The notes beneath the pieces are model-generated. The model searched no databases and was not told where the DNA came from. It was given only the letters and a program-made list of their open reading frames with translations. A stretch of 64,000 bases of DNA, from NCBI GenBank assembly GCA_045544195.1, contig JAZPYO010000033.1, positions 21,650-85,649 of the forward strand. The letters are read 5' to 3'. Shown here one piece after another: positions 19,302 to 30,830 of the stretch. Position 1 is the stretch's first letter; each line of letters starts with the position of its first letter. Source of the DNA: Eubacteriales bacterium (GTDB lineage: Bacteria; Bacillota; Clostridia; Oscillospirales; CAG-272). A program made the position numbers and the translations under genes.

Positions 19302-20792
19302 TTATTGATTCTGAGCAAAGAACTGCTCCATTACCTTTTTTGTATGCTCAAATGCGAGCTGTCTGTCCTGCTCTAGATATTCATACGGATATTTAGGGTT
19401 AAATATGCGTTCTATCTTAACATTTCTTTCGCCGACGAATTTTGTGACAGCGCCTGCACCTGCGGCAAATATGGAATGGATCTCCTCCATCATAAGAATA
19501 TTGTATATTCCCTCTGTGCCCTTTTTACAGAAGCCTACGTTTTCAAAATTTCCAACGGCATTTTTTTGTCTGTACATATAGTACGGCAGATATCCTGCTT
19601 TTTTCGTCATTATCTGCGTGTAATCAACACACTTTGATATTTCGTAATTTTCCTTGTTCTCTCTTGAATATATCTGCGATCCCTCTTCCTTGAGAATGTC
19701 CGCGCTTCTTTTTACGCAGAACGTATGTGCTGTTATATTCTGAGGATCAAGCTCGATTATTTTATCAAGTGTATAGCTGTACGAATCAAAATCGTCCGTC
19801 GGCAAGCCTATTATAAGGTCGGTATTTATACACGGTATACCGCTTTTCTGCGCCATTTCATAAGCCTTAAAAAACATCTCCGCTGTGTGATGTCTGTCTA
19901 TCTCACGAAGCACGAAATTGTTGAGCGTCTGCGGATTTATGCTTATCCTCGTCACGTTGTGATCCTTTGCGCTCTGCAGCTTTTTTTCGCTTATCGTATC
20001 GGGTCTGCCCGCTTCCAGAGTAAACTCATCAAGCACCGATGTATCAAACAGCTTGTCTATGTACGATAAAAGGTCCTCAAGCTGAGATTCGTCCAGCGTT
20101 GTAGGAGTGCCGCCGCCTATATATATCGTTTTCAGCTTGAAGCCCGATTCATCTATCTGACGCTTTATCATCGAAAGCTCCAGCTTCAGTGCCTGAATAT
20201 ACGCAGGTATCAGCGCAAGGAGCTTTTTTGTAGTAAAGCTGACAAATGAACAGTATGAGCATCTTGTGGGACAAAACGGTATTGATATGTATACAGAGCA
20301 GGTATCAAGCGGGTATTTTTTGATTATCTTTGATTCGTTGCGCGCAATATCGGTTGCAAGCGTCGCCTTTTTGTGATATACGAGATAATCGTTACGCAGA
20401 GCCTTTACCGTCTGCTCCTTCGTCATTCCCGAATTAAGATAATCAAGCACGATCTTTGTAGGACGTACTCCCGTCATTATCCCCCACGACGGAGTATATC
20501 CGAAAAACTTTTTTGCAGCATCAAAGAAGGCTTTGCTTGCCGCCATATTTTCTGTTTTTTTCTTCGGTAAGGATGTATAAGGCTCTCTGTGGCTTCTCGT
20601 TACCGATCTTTCACCTATGCATACAGTAGCCTCTGCCTGCGCGCCCTCGTCATCCGTGGTAAGCTTAACGGTGACAACGGGCGTCGAGGCGGTTATCTCC
20701 TCGGATTCGGAAAATTTCGCCCCCGGGAAAAACAGCAAGCACAGCGTTTGCAGATAGTATCTGCCGAGATCTCCGTGTATTATCAGCTTCAT
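19302..20792 (-). CDS. hemZ: HemN-family radical SAM oxidoreductase (coproporphyrinogen dehydrogenase HemZ-like)
   Basis: 496 aa. [10 protein letters not shown] radical-SAM motif with the HemZ-type N-terminal extension. Confidence 0.8.
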   Translation of the reverse strand: MKLIIHGDLGRYYLQTLCLLFFPGAKFSESEEITASTPVVTVKLTTDDEGAQAEATVCIGERSVTRSHREPYTSLPKKKTENMAASKAFFDAAKKFFGYTPSWGIMTGVRPTKIVLDYLNSGMTKEQTVKALRNDYLVYHKKATLATDIARNESKIIKKYPLDTCSVYISIPFCPTRCSYCSFVSFTTKKLLALIPAYIQALKLELSMIKRQIDESGFKLKTIYIGGGTPTTLDESQLEDLLSYIDKLFDTSVLDEFTLEAGRPDTISEKKLQSAKDHNVTRISINPQTLNNFVLREIDRHHTAEMFFKAYEMAQKSGIPCINTDLIIGLPTDDFDSYSYTLDKIIELDPQNITAHTFCVKRSADILKEEGSQIYSRENKENYEISKCVDYTQIMTKKAGYLPYYMYRQKNAVGNFENVGFCKKGTEGIYNILMMEEIHSIFAAGAGAVTKFVGERNVKIERIFNPKYPYEYLEQDRQLAFEHTKKVMEQFFAQNQ

Positions 20793-21238
20793 TTCATCGC
20801 TTCCGTATCAAGATATATTGTAAACGGTCCGTCGTTTTCTATGCTTACCTTCATATCCGCACCGAACCGTCCTGTCTGCACATCAGGCACTAAAGACCTT
20901 GCATACTGAACAAAATATTCATACAGCCTTTCCGCCTTATCGGGTGCTGCCGATGAGAAAAACTCCGGACGGTTGCCGTGTGTGCAGTTTGCGTAAAGCG
21001 TAAACTGCGATACGACGAGCATACTGCCGCCCACCTGTGAAAGCGACAGATTTATCCTTTCGTTTTCGTCCTCGAATATTCTCATTTTTACGATCTTGTC
21101 ACACAGCTTTTTTGCGCTCTGCTCATCATCGTCCTTGCCGACACCGAGAAATACAAGGTAACCTGTGCCGCATTTGCCCGTTATGCTTCCGTCAACTCTG
21201 ACGCACGCGCTGCTGACTCTTTGAATTATTGCTCTCAT
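20789..21238 (-). CDS. dtd: D-aminoacyl-tRNA deacylase
   Basis: 149 aa. MRAIIQRV start and SQFTLYA motif. Confidence 0.95.
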   Translation of the reverse strand: MRAIIQRVSSACVRVDGSITGKCGTGYLVFLGVGKDDDEQSAKKLCDKIVKMRIFEDENERINLSLSQVGGSMLVVSQFTLYANCTHGNRPEFFSSAAPDKAERLYEYFVQYARSLVPDVQTGRFGADMKVSIENDGPFTIYLDTEAMK

Positions 21239-21252
21239 TATATTGCCTTTCC

Positions 21253-23466
21253 TTACGCTCTCGTAACCGTCTCAACGTCCTTTATCGAGCGCATTCTTCC
21301 CATTATCTGATACAAATGCTCTGTATTGCGGCAGGCAACGCTCAGACATATCGTAATGCCGTTGTCGCTGCTTTGCATATTTATTGATATCAGCGTAACA
21401 CGCATTTCCGCAACCGCCGCCGTAAGATCCGCCATTACAGTCAGACTGTTATGAGCCATAACGCATATCGCTGCCTCGAATTCACCGTTGGGGCTTTCCT
21501 GCGCCCATTCGGCACTGACTATCCTGTTTTTGTTTTCGGGATTTTTCAGCTGCGATTTTATATTATCACAATCCGCTCTGTGAATAGATATTCCGAAGCC
21601 CTTCGTTATAAAGCCGATCACCGCATCGCCGTGAACGGGATTGCAGCATTTTGAAAACTTTACAACGCAGCCGTCAACACCGTCAACGATAACGCCGCTT
21701 GTGGATTTTTTGAGCTTCTTTTTGCCTGCCTGTGCAAGATCGTCAAGCGTGGGCTTTTCCGTTACAGAGGACGGCTTTACTATTCTTTCAAACTCGTCCT
21801 TCAGCTTTGCTGATATCTTGGATACGGTAAGACCGCCGTATCCTATTATGTTATACGCATCGTCAACGTCCTGGATGCCCACACGCTTTGCGACTGTAAG
21901 CATTACCTCGTTTCTCTGCGCTTCCGTGAACGTAAATCCGAAGCGGCGAAGCTCCTTTTCGACCTCTGCCTTACCCATAACGATATTTTCGTTACGCTGC
22001 TCCTTTTTGAACCACTGACGTATCTTGTTGCGGGCATCGCCCGTTTTTACTATCTTAAGCCAGTCGCGGCTCGGCCCTTTTGACTGTGTTGACGTAAGTA
22101 TCTCAACGATCTCACCGTTTGAAAGAACGTGATCTATCGGCACTATCATACCGTTGACCTTTGCCCCGACCATCTTATTTCCGACCGCGGAGTGTATTGC
22201 ATAGGCAAAATCAATTACAGTCGCCCCGAACGGCAAAGCTATAACATCGCCCTTGGGAGTAAATGCGAATACCTCATCCTGAAAAACATCTATCTTCAGA
22301 GCGTTGAAAAACTCGTCGGGATCCTTTGTGTCATTTTCTGTTTCAACAAATTCCGCGATCCACTTGAGCTTTCTGTCGATGTCGGCATTTGCCGATGCGC
22401 CCGTTTTGTATTTCCAGTTTGCCGCAACGCCGTATTCTGCTATCTGATGCATCTCGTGTGTTCTGATCTGTACCTCAAACGGAATACCGTCTCTGCCTAT
22501 TACCGTTGTATGCAGGCTTCGGTACATATTCGTCTTCGGAGTCGATATATAATCCTTGAAGCGTCCGGGCATAGACTTGAACATATCGTGTATTATACCG
22601 AGAACGGTATAGCACTCCAGCTCCGTATCGACTATTATTCTTATTGCATAAAAGTCATATATCTCATCAAAGCTCTTGTTCTGGTTATACATTTTCTTGT
22701 ATATGCTGTATACCGACTTTACCCTGCCCTGCAGCTTGAATTTGATGCCGTTTTCCACGAGCTTTTCGGAAACGAGATCCTTTGCCTTTTGCAAAAAGTC
22801 CTTATTTTCACCGAACTTTTTGCGTATATCCATACGCACCTCCTCGTAGCCGATCGGGTCAAGGTACGAAAGCGAACGCTTTTCAAGCTCCTGCTTCATT
22901 TTCTGTATTCCGAGTCTGTGAGCAAGCGGCGCGTACACGTACATCGTTTCAAGAGCGATCACACGGCGTTTTTCCTCGCTTTTGGCATCAAGCGTACGCA
23001 TATTATGCACCCTGTCGCACAGCTTGATAAACAGAACTCTTATATCCTTTGACATTGCAAGGAACATTTTACGCAGGTTTTCAATATGCGCCTCTTCCTT
23101 GTCTACAAACGGTATGTCAACGAGCTTTGTCAAGCCGTCAACAAGCTCCGCAACGGGCTGACCGAACATTTTTCTGATCTTCGCAAGGTCAGTTTTGTCA
23201 GAGCAGTCCTCTACGGTATCGTGAAGCAGCGCCGCGCATATGGAATCCGTATCAAGACCAAGCCCCGCGGCGATCTTTGCCACGGCTATGGGGTGTGATA
23301 TATACGGCTCTCCGCTTTGTCGGAACTGCCCTTCGTGAAGCATATCTGCATACTCGTAAGCACGCATTATCTTCTCATTATCGTATTTCTTCCCTGTAAG
23401 CTCCAATTCCGTCATTAACTGCTCGACGGTATTCGGGGTGTTCATTTCTTCTCTGTTTTCGTCCAT
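21253..23466 (-). CDS. relA: bifunctional (p)ppGpp synthetase/hydrolase RelA/SpoT (Rel)
   Basis: 737 aa. HD hydrolase domain (HPIAV...LHDTVED), synthetase block (YRSLHTTV...EVQIRT), then TGS and ACT regions. Confidence 0.95.
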   Translation of the reverse strand: MDENREEMNTPNTVEQLMTELELTGKKYDNEKIMRAYEYADMLHEGQFRQSGEPYISHPIAVAKIAAGLGLDTDSICAALLHDTVEDCSDKTDLAKIRKMFGQPVAELVDGLTKLVDIPFVDKEEAHIENLRKMFLAMSKDIRVLFIKLCDRVHNMRTLDAKSEEKRRVIALETMYVYAPLAHRLGIQKMKQELEKRSLSYLDPIGYEEVRMDIRKKFGENKDFLQKAKDLVSEKLVENGIKFKLQGRVKSVYSIYKKMYNQNKSFDEIYDFYAIRIIVDTELECYTVLGIIHDMFKSMPGRFKDYISTPKTNMYRSLHTTVIGRDGIPFEVQIRTHEMHQIAEYGVAANWKYKTGASANADIDRKLKWIAEFVETENDTKDPDEFFNALKIDVFQDEVFAFTPKGDVIALPFGATVIDFAYAIHSAVGNKMVGAKVNGMIVPIDHVLSNGEIVEILTSTQSKGPSRDWLKIVKTGDARNKIRQWFKKEQRNENIVMGKAEVEKELRRFGFTFTEAQRNEVMLTVAKRVGIQDVDDAYNIIGYGGLTVSKISAKLKDEFERIVKPSSVTEKPTLDDLAQAGKKKLKKSTSGVIVDGVDGCVVKFSKCCNPVHGDAVIGFITKGFGISIHRADCDNIKSQLKNPENKNRIVSAEWAQESPNGEFEAAICVMAHNSLTVMADLTAAVAEMRVTLISINMQSSDNGITICLSVACRNTEHLYQIMGRMRSIKDVETVTRA

Positions 23467-23478
23467 ATATCCAATATC

Positions 23479-25590
23479 TCATCTCACATTAAGTTTGTTG
23501 TATAAGACCGATGTTTCAAGCGGTCTTTTTTCTGTTTGCGGCAAAAGCGTAAAATTGAACTGCAGCGGTGTATTCCACGTTCCCTTTATAAATCCGAGCT
23601 CTGTAAAAACGTCAGTTATCAAACGGAGCTTTACGTAGCTTATGCCGAGCCGATCTGTGATATGCAGGGCATATACAACACCGTCAGGTGCGTTTTTCAA
23701 ATATTTGAACACGTTTATACACTCATCTCTGTTCGGCACGTGCAGTGCTGAGGGAAGTATTCTGTCGTTCAAAATATCCTCATATAAAAGCACATCGCTT
23801 TGTATTTCACACTGCTGCTCATTTGAAAGCTCTATATCACGCACGATCATCTGACGTTTTTTTGCGCCTCTGAACTCGTTTATACCGAGATTGAAAAGTA
23901 TATCGACGGTATTGCCGCTGCAAACGCCTATGCTTTCGGGGCTTCTGCCGAACATCACACACTGAAATCTTTCCTTTCCCTTTTTCAGCGTCAGCCTCGT
24001 ATGCTTGTTCGTAGAGGTTGAGGCGATGCTTTCCACACTCGCTTCACGCAAAACGAAAAGCGGAGTAGGATTCGACGTTCCGTAAGGCTCAAGCAATGAA
24101 AGCTCGCTTGCCAGCTCCAGCGTTATCTCATCCTCGGAAAGCTCCATATCAGCGTATATCTTTTTGACAGTATCCTCATCTGTTATATTCTTTTCTGCGT
24201 ATTCCTCTATACTGCGTTTGAAGTTTGGAAGCCCGTCAGCGCTTACAGTAAGTCCTGCCGCCAGAGCGTGACCGCCGAACCGTTCAAGAAATTCAGAGCA
24301 TTCGCAAAGAGCGCCGTGAAGATTAAAGCCCTCAATGCTTCTGCCTGAGCCCTTGCCGACTGCTTTGTCCTCGCCCTCGAATGATATAAGTATCGATGGC
24401 ACATTATACTTTTCCGTCAGCTTCGATGCAACTATACCTATAACGCCGTGATGCCAATCGCTGTGATCGAGCACGAGTATCTTCTTGCCGAACGCAAGAT
24501 CGTTTTGGGCTATCATGGATTCTGCCTGCTCCATGATCTTCTGCTCCTCGTTCTGACGGTCCACATTGGCATCGCAAAGCTGTCGGGCAATATTATTTGC
24601 ACATTCCTCATCATCAGTCAAAAGCAGCTCGACTGCTATCTGGGCAGTCCCCATTCTTCCTGCGGCATTTATCCTCGGCGCTATCGTGAAGCTGATAGTA
24701 GATGAGGTTATTTTCTTATTATCGTCTGATGATATTCCGCACGCCTTGATAAGTGCGGCAAGACCTGTGTTTTCGCTTTCGGACAGTCTGATCAGACCGT
24801 AGCTTACTATAAGACGGTTTTCATCCGTAAGCGGCATAACATCGGCAACCGTGCCTATCGCCGTAAGATCGGAATAGGTGTTGCACACACGGCTCAAAGC
24901 CTCTATATTCTTTTCGGCATCCTGATGCTTTGTTGAAAGGCTGCCTGTCGCCCTGTATTGCTCGCATGCGGATATGAGCTTGAATACAACGCCGACACCT
25001 GCCAGCTCCTTGAAGGGATATGCGCTGTCAGGGCGCTTTGGATTTACTATCGCCGCGGCGTTCGGAAGAGTCTGTCCGCATTCGTGGTGATCTGTAACGA
25101 TAACGTCAATTCCTCTTTCGTTTGCAAATTCCACCTCGACTGTTGCCGTAATGCCCGTATCCACCGTAACTATAAGCTGTGTTCCGCCGTTTATCAGCTT
25201 TTCTATTGCGTCCGTATTCAGACCGTAGCCCTCTGTTCCTCTGTTCGGTATGTAATAATCAACATTTCCGCCAAGAGACTTTATGTATTTATAAAGCGAG
25301 CAAACGCTTGTAATACCGTCAACGTCATAGTCGCCGTATATCGTTATTTTCTCGTGTTTTTCTATTCCTTGCATCAGACGCTGCACCGCTTTTGCCATAT
25401 CGGACAGTAAAAACGGGTCGTGCAGTACCGATGTATCCTTCGTTATATAGTGCCTTGCCTGTGCAGCATCGGTGTATCCTCTGCCTGCCAGAAGCGCACC
25501 CATGGGGTATTGTAAGCCGAGATCCTCAGCAAGCTCTTTTGCGCAGGAATCGTCATACGGCTTTATGATCCACTTATTCTTACTTAACAT
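23479..25590 (-). CDS. recJ: single-stranded-DNA-specific exonuclease RecJ
   Basis: 703 aa. DHH motifs (GDYDVDGITS, DTGI, DHH) and a DHHA1 domain (GGHALAAG). Confidence 0.95.
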   Translation of the reverse strand: MLSKNKWIIKPYDDSCAKELAEDLGLQYPMGALLAGRGYTDAAQARHYITKDTSVLHDPFLLSDMAKAVQRLMQGIEKHEKITIYGDYDVDGITSVCSLYKYIKSLGGNVDYYIPNRGTEGYGLNTDAIEKLINGGTQLIVTVDTGITATVEVEFANERGIDVIVTDHHECGQTLPNAAAIVNPKRPDSAYPFKELAGVGVVFKLISACEQYRATGSLSTKHQDAEKNIEALSRVCNTYSDLTAIGTVADVMPLTDENRLIVSYGLIRLSESENTGLAALIKACGISSDDNKKITSSTISFTIAPRINAAGRMGTAQIAVELLLTDDEECANNIARQLCDANVDRQNEEQKIMEQAESMIAQNDLAFGKKILVLDHSDWHHGVIGIVASKLTEKYNVPSILISFEGEDKAVGKGSGRSIEGFNLHGALCECSEFLERFGGHALAAGLTVSADGLPNFKRSIEEYAEKNITDEDTVKKIYADMELSEDEITLELASELSLLEPYGTSNPTPLFVLREASVESIASTSTNKHTRLTLKKGKERFQCVMFGRSPESIGVCSGNTVDILFNLGINEFRGAKKRQMIVRDIELSNEQQCEIQSDVLLYEDILNDRILPSALHVPNRDECINVFKYLKNAPDGVVYALHITDRLGISYVKLRLITDVFTELGFIKGTWNTPLQFNFTLLPQTEKRPLETSVLYNKLNVR

Positions 25591-25609
25591 TTATCTGCAA
25601 TCTTTCTTG

Positions 25610-26029
25610 TTATTTTACGATCTCGGTTATCTTCATTCTGTGCTTTTTTTTCTTTACGCTTTTTTCGATCAAAAGAATGGCGATATACGATACTGCAATT
25701 CCACCCAATGCTCCGAGCGGGGCGTAATTACTGAAATTCAAAATGCACATTATACCATAGCAAAGCGCCGCAACTATAAGGGGCAATATAAACAGCAGCG
25801 CAGCAGAGGCTATAACATATTCGGACGATGCCTGCACTATAACAGTATCGCCCACCTGCGCTGAGATCGGATTGTCAACTGAGCATTCAAATCTGTCGTC
25901 TCCCAAAAACAGATCGCACGCACCGCACGCCTTTTCCGATGCGTGACATTCCGCACAGGCGCTTTTTCTTTCCACTCTGACGGTCGCCTCTTTTCCGCTG
26001 ACCGCTATTACCGTACATTTTGCCGTCAT
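25610..26029 (-). CDS. RseC/MucC-family (SoxR-reducing-system) membrane protein
   Basis: 139 aa. N-terminal Cys-rich beta domain (CAECHASEKACGAC) followed by two TM helices. Confidence 0.7.
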   Translation of the reverse strand: MTAKCTVIAVSGKEATVRVERKSACAECHASEKACGACDLFLGDDRFECSVDNPISAQVGDTVIVQASSEYVIASAALLFILPLIVAALCYGIMCILNFSNYAPLGALGGIAVSYIAILLIEKSVKKKKHRMKITEIVK

Positions 26030-26051
26030 TTACAAAAGCCTTTCATTCAGT

Positions 26052-27632
26052 TTACGATTCCATTATCGCCTTAGCGACCTTTATTCCGTCTATCGCGGCG
26101 CTCGTTATGCCGCCTGCGTATCCTGCGCCCTCGCCGCACGGATAAACGTTTTTCACGCTTATGCTTTGAAAAGCGTCATTACGTACTATACGGACGGGTG
26201 ATGACGTTCTCGTTTCAACGCCCGTGAGCGGTACATCACACCTTGCAAAGCCCTTGATCCTTCTGTCAAAGGAGTTAAGACCGTCCTTCAGCGACTGTAC
26301 TATGAATTCGGGGAATATCTGCTTTATATCGCAAAGGGTATATTTACCGTTCATATAAGACGGAGTATATCCGGGCGCGCTTCCGAAAGCGCCATTCATA
26401 AGATCTCCAACGGTTGTAACGGGGGCAGAATAGTCGCCCCCCGCCTTGATGAATGCGTTTTTCTCAAGACCTCTTTGGAAATCTATGGCTGTCTGCGGAG
26501 TATTGCCGTAATCGGACGGAAACACCGACACGCATACTGCGCAGTTTGCATAAACACCGTCTCTTGCGCTGTAGCTCATACCGTTGGTGCATATTTCTCC
26601 GCCCTCGGATGATGACGGCACGACAACGCCGCCGGGACACATACAAAACGTATACGCCCCTCTGCCGCCTGCCTTTTTATCTGCAAGAGCATACTCGCCC
26701 TTCGGCAAAAGATGTGCGTATTTATCACAAAGATCGCCGTAAAGCCCCTCGTCGATATCCCTTTGCAGATGCTCTATACGGACGCCCACCGAATAAGGCT
26801 TTGCGATCATATCAAAGCCGTTTTTCATAAGCATACCGTACGTATCACGGGCACTATGGCCTATTGCAAGGATCACCCTGTCAAACTCTTGTGCCGAGCC
26901 GTTTGAAAGTGTAACCGTCACCCTGCCGTTTTTTTCATCTATTCTGTCAACTCTCGTGTTGTAATGAACGCTTCCGCCATTTGAAACAACGGCATCGGAT
27001 ATCCCCTTTACAACACTTCTTAAAATATCTGTGCCGATGTGAGGCTTTGCGCTCGTCAGAACGCTTTTCGGCGCGCCGAAGCGTACAAGCTTTTTCAGAA
27101 CGTAATTGCACATAGGATCATTTATTCTTGTATACAGCTTACCGTCAGAAAACGTTCCTGCACCGCCTGCGCCGAACTGCACATTGGTTTCAGTATCAAG
27201 CACTCCTGTGCTTATAAATCTGTCAACGGCATTCACTCTTTGCTCTACATTGCCGCCCCGCTCATACACAACGGGAGCAAATCCGTATTCTGAAAGCAGG
27301 AGCGATGCAAACATTCCGCACGGACCGAAGCCGACGACACACACACTTTTTTTGCCGTTCGGGCGAACTGTAACATCAATATCATCCGCAGGCTCAGCGC
27401 CCTTTATATGCGAAAGCCTTGCGCCGTTCGGCACAGACACCGAAACGGAATAAACGTACATAGGCTCGCTTCTTTTACGCATATCCAATGAACGCTTGTA
27501 TACAGCAGCATCACAAGCATCCGATGCACCTGCACGCTTGCGTGCGATGTCTGTTGCCGCTTTATCAAGCTCGCTGACCGTCTTGCCGACCGACAGCGGT
27601 ATCTTTATGTCCTTTATTATCAGCTTTTTCAC
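26052..27632 (-). CDS. FAD-dependent oxidoreductase (COG2509-like uncharacterized flavoprotein)
   Basis: 526 aa. Dinucleotide-binding VVGFGPCGMFASL...YERG and a C-terminal GEGAGYAGGI block. Its start overlaps the cdaR stop by 4 nt. Confidence 0.7.
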   Translation of the reverse strand: MKKLIIKDIKIPLSVGKTVSELDKAATDIARKRAGASDACDAAVYKRSLDMRKRSEPMYVYSVSVSVPNGARLSHIKGAEPADDIDVTVRPNGKKSVCVVGFGPCGMFASLLLSEYGFAPVVYERGGNVEQRVNAVDRFISTGVLDTETNVQFGAGGAGTFSDGKLYTRINDPMCNYVLKKLVRFGAPKSVLTSAKPHIGTDILRSVVKGISDAVVSNGGSVHYNTRVDRIDEKNGRVTVTLSNGSAQEFDRVILAIGHSARDTYGMLMKNGFDMIAKPYSVGVRIEHLQRDIDEGLYGDLCDKYAHLLPKGEYALADKKAGGRGAYTFCMCPGGVVVPSSSEGGEICTNGMSYSARDGVYANCAVCVSVFPSDYGNTPQTAIDFQRGLEKNAFIKAGGDYSAPVTTVGDLMNGAFGSAPGYTPSYMNGKYTLCDIKQIFPEFIVQSLKDGLNSFDRRIKGFARCDVPLTGVETRTSSPVRIVRNDAFQSISVKNVYPCGEGAGYAGGITSAAIDGIKVAKAIMES

Positions 27633-28909
27633 GAGAACACCACGGGAATTGAATAATCGCCTATAACGTATACGGGAGATGCGGGATTTGACGGAGTCCT
27701 CAGCACTATGCTGAGCGGCACGTTATGTCTGCCCGTTACATCGCCGTATTCAGACAGATCAAGCGTGACTGCAATGTCGTCCGACGTCATATATGCGGAA
27801 TACGAGCTGTTCTTATCCATTCTGACAAGAACGTTTACAACCGATTCGCCTATTTCGTACATTTTGTCTGCAGGGGCGTTTATGACGAACATCTTTTCAG
27901 CGCCGACTGCAAATTTTTTCGTAACAGTACCCGTGTGCTTTATATCGACCGTGACATTTTCGTACCCGCTGAGATTTTCGACACCGTCGGGCAAAACGAT
28001 CTTTGCGTTGATAACGGTATCGTCTGTTATCTGAGTTTCATCAACGGTCGAAACAACTATGCTCGTGATTGCATCGACCGCGCTTGCCTCGCCTCTGACC
28101 GTGATCTTTGACGGAGTGACCGTCACGGTCGTGTTGTTACTGTTATAATAGCCGTTCTTTGACGATATTTCAAGCGGTATCTCCTTTTCCTTAAGGACAG
28201 TTATATATACCGTTACCTCGCTTTTGTCAACGGTAACGTACGGGCTTGAAAACTCCTTTCCGTCGGTATCGTAAAGAACGACGGGGGCAACTATCGTGAC
28301 CGAATCGGATATTACGCCGGGCGATACCGTAACGCCTGCGTGAGAGATCCTTTCAAGAACATCGACCGGGCCCTCTACGGATATATATCCCTTGCCCTTT
28401 ATCTCGGTGCTTATCGTACTGCCTGACGGGATCTGATAATCGGTTGCTGTGACCTTTATAGGAATCTGATTTTTCTGGTTTACGGATATGTATACCGTTA
28501 TTTTTTCAGGGTATACGCTCGACAAGGTGATACCGTTTTCAAGTCTTACATTCACGGGCAGAGAATACTGACCTGCCTGTGTAAGACCGCTTGCATCAAC
28601 ATATACTGAAATATCGCCTTTTTTCAGGGCATTTATATCTGCATATCTGCCCGAAACGGTAACATCTGCCATCTCGCCGCTTCCGTAAAGAACGGAAAGC
28701 TCGCTTGACACTCCCGTAATTTCAATTTCATTTGACGAAAACGTTTTTTCCTCAAGCCTTGTATCTGTGCCTACGGCGTAAAACCATATAAATAAAGCTA
28801 CCACCACGGCAAGCACCTTGGCAATATGATCCGCTATTCTGTTCGGCTTCACCTTAAGCTCGCCGTTGTTTTCACCGTTGTCCTGCGTGTTATTGAACTG
28901 CTCTGTCAT
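27629..28909 (-). CDS. cdaR: YbbR-domain protein (CdaR, regulator of diadenylate cyclase)
   Basis: 426 aa. One N-terminal TM helix then repeated beta-rich YbbR-like modules. Located immediately downstream of cdaA, as in other Firmicutes. Confidence 0.8.
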   Translation of the reverse strand: MTEQFNNTQDNGENNGELKVKPNRIADHIAKVLAVVVALFIWFYAVGTDTRLEEKTFSSNEIEITGVSSELSVLYGSGEMADVTVSGRYADINALKKGDISVYVDASGLTQAGQYSLPVNVRLENGITLSSVYPEKITVYISVNQKNQIPIKVTATDYQIPSGSTISTEIKGKGYISVEGPVDVLERISHAGVTVSPGVISDSVTIVAPVVLYDTDGKEFSSPYVTVDKSEVTVYITVLKEKEIPLEISSKNGYYNSNNTTVTVTPSKITVRGEASAVDAITSIVVSTVDETQITDDTVINAKIVLPDGVENLSGYENVTVDIKHTGTVTKKFAVGAEKMFVINAPADKMYEIGESVVNVLVRMDKNSSYSAYMTSDDIAVTLDLSEYGDVTGRHNVPLSIVLRTPSNPASPVYVIGDYSIPVVFS

Positions 28910-28923
28910 CGTGCTTACCTCCT

Positions 28924-29823
28924 TCAGTTTTCGCCGCCGTCATTCTTCTTTGCTTTTTTTCTGTTTTTTCTGCCGTTTTTGAACATTTCCCTGTCTATTG
29001 TTTTTTTCACATTTGTAACGAGGAGCGACGCAAGCTGATTTGACAGTGAATTGTAATCAAGATTTCTTTTCAATTCTCCGTTGAGAGCCATGGATATCGT
29101 GCCTGTTTCTTCACTTACTACTATTATTATGGCATCGCTGTTTTCGCTCATTCCGATAGCCGCCCTGTGACGTGTTCCGAGATCGGCAACTATGTCCTCT
29201 CTCGTAGAAAGAGGCAAAAAGCAGCCCGCGGCACATATTCTTGTGCCTGTTATCACCATTGCTCCGTCGTGAAGCGATGCCTTATTGAAGAATATGTTCT
29301 TTATAAGCATTGAGTTGATATTTGCGTTTATGACAGTACCCGTCTTTATTATGTCGCCGAGCTTTGTCGTTCTTTCTATAACGATAAGCGCGCCCGTTTT
29401 TGTCTTAGCCATATCGCACACAGCATCGCAAATGTTCTTTATCGCCGAATATATTTCTGTATTAGTCTTCGTTTCGGTAATGTTCTTAAGGCTTTTCAGC
29501 GGCTCGCCACCAACCTTCTCAAGCGCTGAGCGTATCTCAGGCTGAAACAGTATCATAAGCGCGATTATTCCGACCTGGAATATATTTGACAAAACGAACC
29601 GCAATGCGTTCATATTGGCAAATTCACTGACGAGAAACACGAGCAGTAAGAACAGCACGCCTGCCGCCAGCTTACCTGCCCTGCGTCCTCTTATAAATTT
29701 GTAGAGCTGGTAAAGCAAAAACGCCACAAGAGCGACATCTATGTAATCCACGACCGACATTGAACGAACCTGTGCCCATAATGCAGAAACGCCTTGATTG
29801 AATGCATCGATAAAATCTGTCAT
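28924..29823 (-). CDS. cdaA: diadenylate cyclase CdaA (c-di-AMP synthase)
   Basis: 299 aa. Three N-terminal TM helices, then a DAC domain with DGAMVI and TRHRAA motifs. Confidence 0.95.
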   Translation of the reverse strand: MTDFIDAFNQGVSALWAQVRSMSVVDYIDVALVAFLLYQLYKFIRGRRAGKLAAGVLFLLLVFLVSEFANMNALRFVLSNIFQVGIIALMILFQPEIRSALEKVGGEPLKSLKNITETKTNTEIYSAIKNICDAVCDMAKTKTGALIVIERTTKLGDIIKTGTVINANINSMLIKNIFFNKASLHDGAMVITGTRICAAGCFLPLSTREDIVADLGTRHRAAIGMSENSDAIIIVVSEETGTISMALNGELKRNLDYNSLSNQLASLLVTNVKKTIDREMFKNGRKNRKKAKKNDGGEN

Positions 29824-29855
29824 ATAGCCTCCGAAATAAAACAGTAGTATATTTT

Positions 29856-29884
29856 ATAATATCACATATAGAAATTCAAATCAA
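29856..29884 (-). promoter_or_regulatory. putative sigma-A promoter for cdaA array
   Basis: On the minus strand: TTGATT (29884-29879), 17 nt, then TATTAT (29861-29856). The context is AT-rich, so specificity is low. Confidence 0.35.
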
Positions 29885-29990
29885 TTAATAAATAATAAAT
29901 ATTCTAATAATTAATGTATAACCGCATTTTTTTCGCATTCGGTTGATTTTTTTAAGAATTTGTGATATTATATCCGTAATATCAACGATA

Positions 29991-30044
29991 TTCAATAAAA
30001 ATTGACGGACAGTTGAGCTTTTGTTGAAGATAGCGATCTATAAT
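29991..30044 (+). promoter_or_regulatory. operator/promoter copy A: three 11-bp-phased TTGAn direct repeats plus -10 TATAAT, upstream of response regulator
   Basis: TTCAATAAAAATTGACGGACAGTTGAGCTTTTGTTGAAGATAGCGATCTATAAT. Repeats start at 30002, 30013 and 30024; the -10 is at 30039. It aligns without gaps to copy B at 31882-31935. Confidence 0.6.
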
Positions 30045-30158
30045 TCTTCTTGAAGATGTTCGTCTTTTTATGATAAAATAACATTTCAACAACATTATTT
30101 CAACAAGATCTAAAAATTCAAGGTGTAGTATTTTGGTGACAGGCAAGGAGGAATACTG

Positions 30159-30830
30159 ATGTTTCAGATACTGATCGCAGAGGATGACCGCGAGCTTCGC
30201 CAGCTTTTCGGTCACGTGCTTATAAAAAACGGTTATTCCGTAACGGGCGTTTCAAACGGAAAGGAAGCCCTTGACGCAATTGACCGTGAAAGATTTGATC
30301 TAATAATATCGGACATTATGATGCCGATAATAGACGGGTATGAGCTTGTTCGCATGCTCAGGGAATGCAACGATACAACACCCGTTTTAATGATAACGGC
30401 AAAGGACGCATTTGACGATATGCAGAAGGGCTTTTTATCGGGCAGCGACGACTATATGATAAAGCCCGTAAATGTCAACGAGATGCTTCTGAGGGTCAGC
30501 GCCCTGCTCCGCAGAGCAAAAATGATAAGCGAACGGAAGCAAACAATAGGAAACACCACAATGGAATACGATTCGCTCACGGTAATAACCGGAAACGAAA
30601 GGACTGTGCTTCCGCAAAAGGAATTTATGCTCTTATACAAAATGTCCTCTTATCCGGGCAAGATATTCACACGTCAGCAGCTTATGGACGATATATGGGG
30701 GTACGATTCCGAAACGGATACTCACACAGTTGAGGTACATATAGGCAGGCTCAGGGAAAAATTCAAAAACAACAACGATTTCAAGATCGTAACCATGCGC
30801 GGAGTCGGATACAAGGTGGTAAAGATGTAA
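30159..30830 (+). CDS. OmpR/PhoB-family response regulator
   Basis: 223 aa. Receiver domain (DDRELR...DLIISDIMMP...KP) plus a winged-helix C-terminus (HTVEVHIGRLREK...RGVGY). SD AAGGAGG precedes it. Confidence 0.95.
   Translation: MFQILIAEDDRELRQLFGHVLIKNGYSVTGVSNGKEALDAIDRERFDLIISDIMMPIIDGYELVRMLRECNDTTPVLMITAKDAFDDMQKGFLSGSDDYMIKPVNVNEMLLRVSALLRRAKMISERKQTIGNTTMEYDSLTVITGNERTVLPQKEFMLLYKMSSYPGKIFTRQQLMDDIWGYDSETDTHTVEVHIGRLREKFKNNNDFKIVTMRGVGYKVVKM

Noticed and set aside
29982-30215. 77-aa minus-strand ORF in the AT-rich region upstream of the response regulator
   Set aside because: It overlaps the RR start codon, SD and the proposed operator. AT-rich codons, no SD and no recognisable motif.
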